A stretch of 62,926 nt of DNA, counting the filler, from Sluysia triapertura (taxonomy: Eukaryota): the NCBI GenBank assembly GCA_046118255.1. It is 5 parts of 5 records of this genome, joined end to end, with 100 filler letters (N's around TTAATTAATTAA, not from the genome) between each part and the next. Parts side by side here need not be neighbours in the genome. Positions count along the whole stretch, not along the records: positions 25,452 to 39,221 come from JBJNIA010020958.1; 4 more parts are not named here. One strand, written 5' to 3'. Each line of letters opens with the position of its first letter. Positions within the stretch are counted from its first letter, which is position 1. Below are positions 26,060 to 38,526 of the stretch, one piece after another. Made by a program: the position numbers and the translations under genes. The notes below the pieces were generated by a model. It did not search any database. It worked only from the letters and a program-made list of their open reading frames with translations, and had not been told where the DNA came from.

Positions 26060-26907
26060 TGCTGTGGTTTTCTTAATGCTAAACCTACGGCAAAATAAAA
26101 ATTGAACAGAGTCTGGTTACAGTAAACGTCTTACAACTCGGAGTTGACGCTTCTGTAACTAATAAGTTAAGAATATTACTAAGAAATAGTACTTCTAAGA
26201 CGTTCCTAATAATTTTGTTACGAGGGTCTTAATTTTAAATAACACAATAAAGAAAAGACTCAATTAACTTTTGAATTATATTAAACTAAAAGTATGCACA
26301 TAATAGTTATAATACAGAATAAAATGTAATTATTATTTTATGACCTAAATCCTATTAGGATATTCGATCTAATTACTTTTAAAATTCGAGTAGAAAATTC
26401 CCTCTCAATATATCGGGGTCCTTACACTATATTAAAGCTAAAACTTGATTTTTAGTGTATTTTAGTATCTTGACTTATAAAATCAAAATCACCTTAACAA
26501 TAAAATAAGTTACCATTTCATAGAATATAAAATCCTTCGATGAGAAATTTGTTCGTAGTCCAATTCGATCTGTATAAAGAAAATTTGTATACAAATTGCA
26601 AATGGCTGCAAAATTTAAAATGGCGATTTTCATTAAACTGATGCTAGTTTATATACTAGTCATCAGCCAATGAAAATCAATGGAATGTTCTAGAACATTA
26701 TAGAAGCTTCTATTCTATTTATAGAAGCAAATTTTCCTTTTTAGAATTTTCTTTTTTAGAAAAATAATTTTCTTTTTTGGAAAATAAATTTTTTTGTGTA
26801 TCTGGAAACGCAAAAATATTTTTTGAATGATTTAAATGAAATTTTAATAATATTTTTGATAATTTTAGGGTAATATTTTTGATAATATTGTGATGGCAGC
26901 CTAACAA
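26060..26907 (+). repeat. Dispersed repeat family A copy 1 (palindrome-rich, LTR-like)
   Basis: Shares gtggttttctta...acctacgg...gttacagtaaacgtcttacaac, aaaatggcgattttcattaaactgatgctag and ttctagaacatt..tagaagcttcta with the other copies. Confidence 0.9.
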
Positions 26908-27083
26908 TATTATTTGTATATTCTGCGTGATACTGGTTTATACGCTCCGATATTTGAAGGCTTTTTATTGTCTTTAATTATTTAAAATATATTCATCTTA
27001 CTTAAAATAAAAGCAATCATTGTACTGTTCATTAAAATGGCCATATTCTATATGCTTTCCTTTAATAAGAACACCATCTAATA

Positions 27084-27299
27084 TTAGTAATTCAAAATTC
27101 TAGTAATAGTAGTAGTAGTAGTAGCAGTAGTAGTAGTAGTAGTAGTAGTTCCACCTTTAAATCGAACTATTTTTTCAATTGTGCATTTTGTAATCATCTT
27201 AGAAATACTAATAAAATCATGGTTTTCGTGATTTTGACAAAGTAACAAGTTTATTATTATGAAAATATAAGAAAATTTAATATTAATTAACTTTTTCAT
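27084..27299 (-). CDS. Possible first exon or short ORF of a secreted protein
   Basis: aaacaATG start and MKKLINIKFSYIFIIINLLLC signal-peptide-like N-terminus. The poly-Thr tail is an (ACT)n microsatellite and may be intronic (donor aaag|gtggaa). Confidence 0.35.
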   Translation of the reverse strand: MKKLINIKFSYIFIIINLLLCQNHENHDFISISKMITKCTIEKIVRFKGGTTTTTTTTATTTTTITRILNY

Positions 27300-28857
27300 T
27301 GTTTATATTTAATGTATTTTGAATTAATTCAATAAATTATAATTATGAAATAAATAAATTATATAATACTCAAATAATTTTTTAAGAAATAATTAATTAA
27401 TAAATTGTTAATTAATAATATATCAAAATAATACTGATTTTACAATTTAGATTATTTATAAAAAAAACATCTATTTATCAAAAAAACATTTTTTATCTTT
27501 CAGTAGAATATTTTCTTTCGATAACGCATAAAAAATAATCTTTATCAAATAATTAATTTAGTTTGTCGGTAGATTAAAAAGACATGAATTATATATAAGT
27601 CAAAAAATGAAGCTAAGAACAACATAATTAATAGTTAAAAATTTTTTACGAATCTTGATACGACAAGGAGCTAGTTGATTTAGTCGGAATAGCAGTTCAT
27701 TCGATTGATTTGGAATAATCGTTTATTTGCTTAACTGGAATTAGTGGTTCATTTGATATGATCTTGGTCCAAAGTCAGTGAGTCATTTTATTTCTGAAAT
27801 CATAATTCATAAATCTATTTGATATTACTTGGACAAAATCTTTTATTATAACATTCCATGAATACGAATAAGTAAGCTGATTATATATAAGTGTTTTAAG
27901 CTTCAATTTTTGACAGCTCCAATATTTACTTAAAATATCTTAAGTTCCATCCAAGCATTCACCTGGATTAAAATCTATTACAAAATCATTTTTATAATAC
28001 ACGGAGAAATCATGTATCTTATTATTTGTTATTATATATCATTGTTCAAATTTTCTGTATTACTTCTTAATAAATAAGTTTTGTTTTATTAAAGGTAGAG
28101 AAACGTAATAAAGTTTGGTATCATAATTTCTTTTAAGAGTGATAAAATCTGTAAAGGTAAATTAATTGATAATTTTGTTCGAATAATTATCAAAGAGTTA
28201 AAATATTGAATTGTAGTTTTTGGAAAATTTATGTACGAAGAGACTCTCAGATTAGAGTTTAAAAGATTGCGTGTAATAAGTGATTAAGGCCTCTTCGAAG
28301 AAATTTCTTGACATCCTGTGAATACAAATTTAATATTATAATTGTACTACTAATTTATAAAAAGTAGAACACATCCATAACAAATGAAAATAAAAATTTT
28401 AAAGTTACTTTATTAACAATTCAAAATTTCACCAATTTCTTAGTGAATTACTTTAGGAATTATTATACAATCTAATGTTACTATTTATTTATTTAAGAAA
28501 TAAATTTTAAGTAAAATATATAATACCAAAGTGTTAGAAATAATCGTATTATAGATTCAGTGAAATCTTTTAAATTGGCTTAACTCATGCAAATAGCACA
28601 AAGTATAAATTCCAGCGAATTTTTATTAATTTTTTAAATTTTATAAAAAAGTATTTTTATTTAATGTAATAAAATCGATATTAATTATTAAAATTTTATT
28701 AATATTCGCTATATGTTTCCTCTGAAAGTCGAACATAATAATAAAGTGACTGTTGTGGAAGATTAATATCATATATCTTAACTTTTCGTTAAGTGTTACC
28801 TTTAAATCTAATTAATATTGAGGATCACAATATATACACACACCAATTTGTCTCTAT

Positions 28858-29600
28858 TGTTAGGTTGTCATCATAACCCTTAAAAATCAATTAAAATGCT
28901 TTATAAATCTTTAAAATAATTTTAAAAATAATTATTTTCCAAAAAAGTAAATTAGCTTCTAAAAATAGAATAGAAGCTTCTAGAATGTTCTATAACATTC
29001 CATCGATTTTCATTGGCTGATGACTAGTGCACAAACTAGCATCAGTATAATGAAAATCGCCATTTTGGACAATCTAAATTCAATACAAATTCCATGTCAA
29101 AAGTAATTTATTTTTATTAAGTCGATATTAATTTTGTATAAGGAAATTAACATCATAACTTTCACTTAAAATCCGAATCTTTTTATAAAGTTTAAGGTTT
29201 TCCTGACATATTGATGGGTAAATACTGGAAAAATATCATAGATTTAAAAGTTAAATACTATTATTAGTTTTAACTTCAACAATTTTTTGTTAAATTTAAT
29301 TTTTATATTAATTCTGCCATTCTCTTAATCTCGCAGTCAATTTGTATTAATTGAGTTTTGAATAAAAATTTTGGATTTACATTTTGGTTTCTTTTGTTGT
29401 ACGATAAGTTGAGCCCTTACTTACTATTAGACCCTCCATCATTAAATTTGTTAAATAGTGTTATCACTCTTAAAGTAATTATTAACTTATTAGTTGCAGA
29501 GACGCCAACGATATGTTGTAAGACGTTTACTGTAACTGAAGCCTGCTCAAAAATATTTTACCGTAGGTCAAGAGTTAGAAAAACCACAACACTATCTTAT
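28858..29600 (-). repeat. Dispersed repeat family A copy 2 (inverted relative to copy 1)
   Basis: Reverse complement of 29481-29596 aligns to 26055-26170; 28960-29070 aligns to 26615-26730; boundary tgttaggttgtcatca versus tgttaggctgccatca. Confidence 0.9.
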
Positions 29601-29991
29601 AACCTATAAATTTTTATGAATATTAATATTCCATATTTTGTCTTGTATTTAGTTATCGTAACCCATTCAACACCAATTATTTAAATTTTTATGCGTATAT
29701 TTTGGAAGATTATACCCAATGTAACTAGCAAAACTTAATAAAACTTATTTTTTAATTAAATAATGATTTTTATTGAAAGTTTTATCGGTATTTTGAAAAA
29801 AAAACAGCGGTGTCGCAATGGGAACATTGGTAATGAATGAGTTAGAAACACGTTAGAAACAGTAATGACAAAAATACAAATATGAAATAAATTTTATTAT
29901 TTATTCCTATATTTATTTAAATTTATTATTTATTTAAATATTTATGAATTCAGATTGTAAAAAGGAAAAACTAAAATACACAAATATTCCA

Positions 29992-30057
<66 letters not shown>
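29992..30057. repeat. (AAT)n microsatellite; others at 15661-15700, 15730-15780, 46058-46104, 51758-51823
   Basis: Perfect trinucleotide runs. Confidence 0.97.
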
Positions 30058-30058
<1 letters not shown>

Positions 30059-30744
30059 TTTCAAATAATAAATAAATTATTTTATTACAAAATAAAACCG
30101 ATTAACGTTTTTCTAGGAGTATCTTAAAGAAATTATATGATCATAAATTATTCACAAACAAATGAAATATATGGTTTATATTTATTATATTGAATTTGAC
30201 TTTTAGTAAAATCTGTATTTAATTTCTTCTTTCACACTTTCTGTACATTTTACCCTTTCTTTTACCATCATGAAACTTATTTTTACTTGGTATAAATGTA
30301 AAACAATATAAATTAATTCTGTACTTTACGATTAATTTACATTTTAAATCAATATGTTTGCTAATTTTGCTTATAAACAAAAATTCATAATAATAGTTCT
30401 ATATTTGTAAAATTTTCATTTAACGTTTGTTATACATTTATTTACATTATTGTAAGAATACATAAAATTTTCTGTTTATTAATATATCAAATAATATGTT
30501 TGTTTATAAAAATTATTTGTGTATGTTATTAGTAAATTATATTTTAACTATTGGACTTATATTTATTGTTAAAGTAATGTATGTCAAAGTCAAATAAATA
30601 ATCCTTTATAATTGGTACTGCTTTTAGTTTCATTTTAATTAAGTTTTGCATAAATTGTGTTTAAGAAATGTAAACTATATTTACCAATTTTGAAGCAAAA
30701 TTTATTAATGATTAAATATTTTAATTTGTCTTTTATTTACTTAC

Positions 30745-31842
30745 AAATAGAAATGAATTGGATTTCATCCAGGTTACTGAATCATAAAAGTGTAAAAAAA
30801 TCTATAATTAATTACTGATTTATGTATTAAGATAAATAATATTCTATAACTACGGTTGGTTTAATGGATTAAAATGTAAAATTCGAAAAATGACATTAAA
30901 TTTAAAACATGTTTCATATTGTTTCTAATATATACTAAACATTAGCAGATTATAAATGTCAAAATAGAAAACATATATTAAATTCAAAAAAAGGTTCTTA
31001 AAATCATTTGTTTTCGTAATCAAATGATAATAACCACCATATTTAAAAAGTTAAAACTAATTATTTTTATCTATATTTATTAATGTTTAAGTACATAAAA
31101 ACAAAGATTTTATTTAACAATTTAACAGTTCAGACAAAATTATCGAATATTGTTAGATTATTTGATATTTTTGGTAAATCTTAAGAAAGATTTGCTAATA
31201 GTTACTATACCTCGACTATATCTTGTCTCTAAATTAAGTTGATTAAATTTTAAATGGAAATTCTGTGTTAAATATCAAAATAAGAAAGTTTAAATGAAAT
31301 ATTTAAAAAAATACATCGAATATTCGTAAAAGAACTCAAATATGTTACGTGTAGCTTCAGCATAAATGATATGATAATCTTTGTGCTATAAAATCATTTG
31401 AATTTTTTTACTGATGCTAAAAAAGAAACGTATTAATACGCCTGTATCATTAAATCCTGCTGAAATTTAATAAATATGTTAACCAAAGAAATAAACCTAA
31501 CCTCGACATAATTCCTTCTTGTGGATAAAGCATATTATTATTTGTGTGGTTTGGAGAATTATTACGATTACTAAACAAAGATTTCATTTTGTCAATAGCA
31601 AAAGCAGGTAATGAATGTCTACGTTGAGTATTATCATTATTTTGATTATGATTATTAACTGTTAACTCATTAAGATGATCATCATATTGAGATAAATTAG
31701 AAATATTAGAATGGATAGAAATTTTTTCAACATAATTTTCATCAAAACTTGGTTGTGTAACTTGAACTTTAATATTAGTTACCTGTTTGTGAAATTCTGC
31801 ATTACTTGATTCTTCACAATTATTATCAATATCATCGGCCAT
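30745..31842 (-). CDS. 5-prime part of an uncharacterised multi-exon gene with micro-exons
   Basis: Exons 31842-31497 (MADDIDNN...RRHSLPAF...GIMSRL), 31459-31440, 31385-31349 and 31228-31211 join in frame through GT..AG introns (AGFNDTG-HKDYHIIYAEAT-QTRYSR). A further open exon lies at 30801-30745 (IFLHFYDSVTWMKSNSFLF); the link to it is not resolved. Confidence 0.65.
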
Positions 31843-33329
31843 TTTATTAGATAAAATCCATAAAATAAACAATTAACTGTCAAAATCCATTTTTTAAGTT
31901 ATCACAAATAATCAAACTAAAGACAATATATATATTATCTTTTTATCCATTTGTTCATTGGACAATAATATACTACAATAGATACACTATTTTTAATATT
32001 ACAGTATAACAGTGCAGTATAGTACTAACTTTATTTTCTAATAATAGCTAATATTAAAAAATATTATTCAACTAAAACATCAACACAAAATTATGAAAAT
32101 TTTTTAAAGATATATGACGGGGATTTAATAAAAATTTACAATAGATACAAGTTTCATAACAATTTATACTAAAAAAGCACGTATTATTTTCTATTTTTGG
32201 TCTCTATAATTTTTTTTATCTCGACAAATTATATGAAAAAGTACCCCTGGCATTATTCCATTATTAATTCATTGAATTTCTGTATTTAAAATAAAACATA
32301 TCATAGTCAAATCTAACTATAATAATCAGAATATTTATAATTACATATTAAACTTTCACTCTCAGTTTTAAGCTGTTGATTTCTTTCCTTTTTACCTTTT
32401 TTGTTATTTCCCAGGTAGACATACAAACAATAATAAAATTTGAAATTGTATACAGGAATAAAGCAGGTAAAAATCTTTCTGTTCTTTCTACTAAAAGAAT
32501 TATTATTGGTATTATTATGTGACTACATCACTATTGCTGCGCTACATAGTTTCCTCAAAATTTACTGATCTTGTGATATAGANNNNNNNNNNNNNNNNNN
32601 NNNNNNNNNNNNNNNNNNNNNNNNNNNNNNNNNNNNNNNNNNNNNNNNNNNNNNNNNNNNNNNNNNNNNNNNNNNNNNNNNNNNNNNNNNNNNNNNNNNN
32701 NNNNNNNNNNNNNNNNNNNNNNNNNNNNNNNTGTGCCAAATGATTAATATTTTAAATTCCATAGAGTACTTTTATTGGTACTTATTTCATATTTATAAAA
32801 TGTCGTAAAAATTAATGCGATTTGAATGAAAATTAGTCTATATTGCATTTGTTGCCATTGATAATACATCGTTATCTTTTTTTTATTTATTTAAACGATA
32901 GTGTATTTTGTGATTTAATTAATATGAGAAACTTTTTTGGAAAATGAATACAAGCTTACTGATGTATTGAAAATGGTTGCGCTTGACTATTTTCTTAACA
33001 ATTATTTACCACATTAAATGTATACGAAAAATATATTTCTTAAGGTATAATTGTCCAACGATGAATCAAAAAATTATATTTAAAATTTATGACCCATGAA
33101 TTTAGTAGAACTAAGATCGAAATGTTGTTTCATTCGAATCATCGGGAAATAAGTCTTCTCTTCATTGTTCTTTCATAAGTTATTTTTTGTTAAGTTAATT
33201 TCTATCTTTGCGCAATGAATAGAAATAAGTTTTTTTTGGATATTGCAAAAATATAAAAACACCTAAAAAATCAAATATATATTTACTAGGATTCGCTTAC
33301 AGTAAATGATTCGTAACATATATTCAAAG

Positions 33330-33430
33330 ATATGCTATGGTTTTCTTAACTTTTAACCTACGGTAAAATAAAATTGAGCAGGATCCGGTTACAATAAACG
33401 TCTTATGTCGTAACTAACACAAGTTAATTC
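33330..33430 (+). repeat. Family A partial copy
   Basis: atggttttcttaacttttaacctacggtaaaataaaattgagcaggatccggttacaataaacgtctta matches 26062-26133. Confidence 0.85.
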
Positions 33431-34471
33431 TAATGCTAAAAAACATAAATTGATTATAATTGTTTTGTATAAAGATATAGATAAACAAAGAAATATTTAA
33501 ATATAAACAAATATACGTCGTTTATAATTATCAAACTAAGTAGATATATTAAACTTTCAGAGATAAAGAATTAATTTCGAGCATACGTTGATTAATTGAC
33601 TAATTTCGATAAAATATAAGAAAGTAAGTAGAGATCTTCGCGCATTGAGTTACGCAACATTTTGACTCAATCCTCTAATTGTGTCTTTCGTGAGATCGAA
33701 ATCGCAAATAACAGGCGAACCTGTAGAATAATTCATAATTGTCATTCATAAAGAATATGTACAAAATAATTGCGTTTAGCAGAGTTTATTTTCACGAGTT
33801 TATGTTTGCGACAAATAAACTTTGTGAATTATTCTCACTTATCAGGATTAAGATAAAAAAATAGAGATATTAAGCATATTAAAGCTATGTTAGAATTTAT
33901 GGAAATTTGAAGCTAAGCGAATCTTTGTAAATGCAATTTGTTCATATAGTACTTTCATTTTTCATATATCCTATTATTTTCCAGGTCCTGAATATCCTGG
34001 TGTTCGATTTCTTCATAAAAATCAACAATTATAATTTTAAATAAATGGGTCCTTCTGTATATTGCGATTTAAGTCTGAACGAGGACACAATTACAGATGC
34101 TAGAAGAAATTAAAGCTTTCCTAGAAAAATCGAAAGATCAATGTGAAGGTCACTAATCTTCTTTTTACTCAATCCTTTAATGCAATCTTCACTTTTAGGA
34201 GTTATACCTTTTACAAACTCCTAAATTTAATTTACTCAACTTGTGCAGATTTTTAGTTCAGAGTATATATTAATTTGACAATATATTCTACGATAATCTC
34301 CTTTTTTTAATTATAAGTCTCACAATAAACTTCTTATCGTCATTAATTATTTCAATATTTGCTCTTTAAAACTCAACGAAAGAAAAGTACACAAAGAAAA
34401 CAAAATTTTATTAAAGAAATGTGGAATTAATAATGATACAACTAATATAGCAGAATACAGCAATAAATTAA

Positions 34472-34860
34472 TGTAGGGAATTCACCACACAAAATTCATC
34501 ATACTTCATCACATAAAAACACTTCACATGTACACAAATTATTAAACAAATTACTAAACTCATTCAAAAAACAAACATGATCATCGCACCTAATTATCAT
34601 GAACTACAGACATTATTATTACAATTCAACTCGTATTAAAATGTATATAATAATTATAGTCATTATTGTTATATAATATAATTATCAAATAATAACTTTT
34701 ATAATAATTTATAAAATAATTTTCATAATATATTTCAACATAAACACTTCAGTATTAATAAAAATAATAACCACGTTATTGTTATCATTATTATCATTTC
34801 TCTTATCCTTATTATCAATCTGCCTTTTTATTATTTATTTATTTTTTCCCAATACTATAC
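34472..34860 (+). repeat. Family C module (TGTAGGGAATTC start, AC-skewed then AAT-rich tract) preceding cargo ORFs
   Basis: Homologous to 13198-13523 (rc); block architecture parallels module B. Confidence 0.6.
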
Positions 34861-34954
34861 AACATATCTGATCCCGATATATCTGACTATGACACTGGAA
34901 AATTTGAACTTTTGTACAAGCAAGATCCATTTACAAAACCTGTTATCGATCTAA

Positions 34955-35378
34955 TACGAATATATACCAAAATTGGAAGAAGAAATAAGAAAATCCCTTA
35001 AATCTTACGTCACAATAAATGAATCTAAAAAAATCAAACTCCCAAGTCCTTAAAACCGCCATGGTGTTACTCATAGGTTACTTGCTAATATATTTGGTAC
35101 AACAATTATTTGCATTTATTGGACTGCACACTGCTTCCAGCTTATTGGCCTTGATTCTTTACACATTAGTTTCTGTCTTACTAGCCTGGGTCTGTTCGAT
35201 CATATTAAATAAAGATGAAGTCAGATTTCATATAGAGGAAGCTATTAATAAAACATATGACATTATTTTTGTTCCTGTTTTACAGTGTGCTTTAGAACAA
35301 TTAGCCAGACAATCTACTAAAAGTATTGTGCAATCAAGTAATGACAGGACGAGTCGCCAGAAAGATAAGCAGCATTGA
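34955..35378 (+). pseudogene. Atlastin C-terminal fragment (end of three-helix bundle, TM hairpin, C-tail), frameshifted, no GTPase domain
   Basis: EYIPKLEEEIRKSLKSYVTINESKK, then +1 shift in the A7 run 35027-35033, then SNSQVLKTAMVLLIGYLLIYLVQQLFAFIGLHTASSLLALILYTLVSVLLAW. Parallels atlastin [24 protein letters not shown]...RTPATLF...Y...GFIGL...ASL...L.W. In-frame stop immediately upstream (34952-34954). Confidence 0.75.
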
Positions 35379-35418
35379 AATTTCTAATTAATGAATTTCT
35401 AGTGAAACATCCAGTCAA

Positions 35419-36908
35419 TTGTCTGATGTATCTACATCGCATGATAAAATAAAAGTTATTATTGCAGTTGGCAAAAGCAATATTCGATTGGGAAGTATTA
35501 CTAAATCAAAAGATGAATTTAAAGAAGTTGAAGAGATGCTTATAACTGGATACCCTAATTATGATAAGAAAGTAGAATTGAAAGATACTAAACTAGTAGT
35601 ATCAGAAACCGTAACAATTACGACAATTGAATCGCCATTAATAATTGATGAATCGCCCTAACCTTTTGATTTTTTCCAATATGGTACAATAAGTCGTGTA
35701 ACAGAAACTCTCAATACTAGGGTCACAAAACTACATGGTAAAGTTTCTTGTCAAAGCTTAAGAAATTGTCGTCAACAAAAATGCCATCATTTCATTCTAC
35801 TGCTTATTCTAATGATTCTGATTATCACACAGTAAGTGGTGTGTCGAATGAATATGGTAATGTTGAAATTACAACAAACAATAATATAAATCATGAATCA
35901 TTTATGATAAATGTGGAAGCAATACCAATTATGTAGTATTGTCATTATTAAGATAATCTTTTACTCAAAATAATAATTTAAGTTTTATCTTCCTTCCGAT
36001 GCTGCCAAATAATCAAACAAATATTAGAAGAAAAAAATTAAATAATATACAAATGAAACCGGTTATCATCGTGAATTATTATTGACAACTTCAAGGAGAC
36101 ATAAAAATCCATATTATTCTTAATAAATGGATTCTGATTACAATTTTTAATGATTTGTTATCAAAAACGAAAACTGTGATTATTTATTGTACAATCGTGA
36201 ATTTCATTAATGTCACACATCACTCATTATTATTAAAAATTTGAATTTTAGTTAGTGTACTCAATAATTTGATTTTAACACTTATTTGCAATCACCGTTT
36301 TGCTAACTAAATATCAAATAAATTTTTATAAATTATTTAATAAATTATGGTAAAAAAATCAATTATGGCTTCATTGTTTATGATATTTTGTGATGTTGAA
36401 ACTAATAATGATGTATACACTGATGTTAAGAGTAGTAGTGTTAATAATATCTTATCTAATGATATGAAATTAAATAAAACCACTGTAGTTCCTACAATCA
36501 ATAGTAACACTTATGATGCAAAAAGAGAAAATCACAATGATGATACTAGAAATACTACAGGAAACGAATAAACATGTTCAAAAATATAAAGATAATACTT
36601 TAGGTTTGTTTTCTATGCTTAATTCTGTGGCTCGAAGTAAGTCTACGGTAATCGGCAACTCAGTATACACAAATGTGAATCGTAAGGAACATGAAAATTC
36701 AAATAATATAAATGTCGATGCGAGCAGATATATTAGTACAAAGTCAGCGAAACTTGAATATTCAAAACCGGATAATTATAGTTCAACAATTAAAAGCGAT
36801 TTAGATAAACGAGAAGATGCCAAAGCAAATGATACAAATATAGTTACAAGATTTATGGTGCAATCGCAAACAATACGTAAAAACAGTGTCACATTATCGC
36901 ATATCTAA
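35419..36908 (+). pseudogene. Co-oriented decayed orphan ORFs downstream of the atlastin fragment
   Basis: ORFs 35419-35661, 35748-35936, 36347-36571 and 36513-36908 (the last two overlap as if frameshifted). Ser/Thr/Asn-rich, no family recognised. Confidence 0.4.
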
Positions 36909-38328
36909 GTTATTGAAGATCGAGCTAGGTTTATTATTAACATTTGTTTTATCGTTTTTATTCGTTTATAATCAACAAAATAACAAATTTTTTAGTTGTG
37001 TTAAATTTCTTAATTGTTACAGGCCTTACGCCTATTTTGTTATGTATAATTATATCAAAATTTAAGTATTTTTGTTTAAACCTAACTGAATTAAGTTTAA
37101 AGTATTTTTGTTTATTTAATATTGTAAATAATTTTCAAAAAAAACTAAATAAAATTAATAGTATAATTTGTAAACCAAAATATCTATTGCCTCCACACAT
37201 TTGTCAAATATAATACTTCAAAAATAAATGTATTTAACTTAATTTAATTATTAAAATTTTGTAATGCTTAGAACATTTAAAGTATGCGATTTAATATATT
37301 ATCATTATTATTACTACATAATAATCTATACAGAATCCGCAGTGGTAATAAGTTATCAAATTACTTGGAGATTATGAAATATTTAAAAAAAAGATAAAGT
37401 TCTTTCTGTTTATACTGAATTATTTATTTTAAGTGCTTTTGAGTACTTACTTTGCAGTAAATATAAGTGCAACGTATATTATTAGTATTATTATTAATTA
37501 TTATTATTATTATTATAAATTTCTGAGATAATACCAAAACATATAGAATATATTTAAGGTTTACATTTATAAATACTATTAACAAAGATTCGTCAAAAAT
37601 TCTATCAAAGGTAATCTTCATAAATAAACACTATGCTATATAAAATTAACAAAAAATTCATAAAATGCTTCATTAAAGCGTCAAATTGTATTTATTCAGA
37701 CTTAAGAAAATTAAAACCTCTTGAATGCAATTTTTTAAAGTTAATATTTCTAAATACGTTAGTTGTAAGAATCTATAAACATAGTATATATGATAATAAA
37801 TAATTGATTTCTAAAATGCAGATGTTATTTAGATAATATTTCAGAATCTTGGTAGTTTTGGTTAAGCAAAACTTAAACATTACACAATATAGGGTCATAT
37901 CTCACATCATCAAGACGAAAATTATAATTATGAACATGTCACAGCTCGCAGAGATAGTTAAACCTAACAAAAAGAAAATGATTACTACATAAATCTAAAA
38001 TAAAAATAAAAATTAATGAAATTGGTAAAATGATCGCTTATATACTGAAAATTAAACGTTTATTTTTACACATTCATTTCAGAGTTTCTTTTCATCTTTT
38101 ATCCTTTCAAATTTATTCGTCCAAGGTTATTCTATTTTAAAATAAACCTTCATAAAAGCGCAAAAATAATGCTAAATCATGCTTAATTTATTTAATAATA
38201 GATGAAAAAATCTAACTTTCTTTTTCAAGATACACTTAACTTATTAGATCTTAAGAACAAGCGTGTGCAGAATATTTTTCTAAAGAATAGACCATTCCGA
38301 ATTGCATTGCAGGCCTTTATTGAGCTGA

Positions 38329-38526
38329 TCAAGACGTAAGATCGTCGCTACAGCAAACACATTTTGTTTGCGGCGCTCTTGACGAAAAAACTGGTAGGGC
38401 ATTCGGCAAAGTTCCATGAATCCCTATGATCCAGTTTGAGTAGGCTATAGAGTAAGCCACAAGATGACACGATATTTTATCGTCATTAATGTAGCACGTA
38501 GTCAACTGACTGGCACACACTAAAGT
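38329..38526 (-). CDS. Possible terminal exon (Cys-rich), GC-elevated
   Basis: Strong acceptor gcattttcag| at 38527 in frame with ORF 38329-38547. A phase-compatible upstream donor (KERQCPRK|gtaagc) lies at about 39188, next to a gap. Confidence 0.3.
   Translation of the reverse strand, partial: TLVCASQLTTCYINDDKISCHLVAYSIAYSNWIIGIHGTLPNALPVFSSRAPQTKCVCCSDDLTS

Noticed and set aside
28960-29070. AGCT-centred repeats as polydnavirus direct-repeat junctions
   Set aside because: Copies occur in mixed orientation and no polydnavirus gene families are visible.
29358-29609. ORF within family A and other 60-90 aa I/L/F/K/N-rich ORFs (e.g. 23743, 26719, 36944, 37424, 41642, 43329, 47220, 61269, 61363)
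   Set aside because: Composition is that expected from AT-rich noncoding DNA, with no recognisable motif or splice support.
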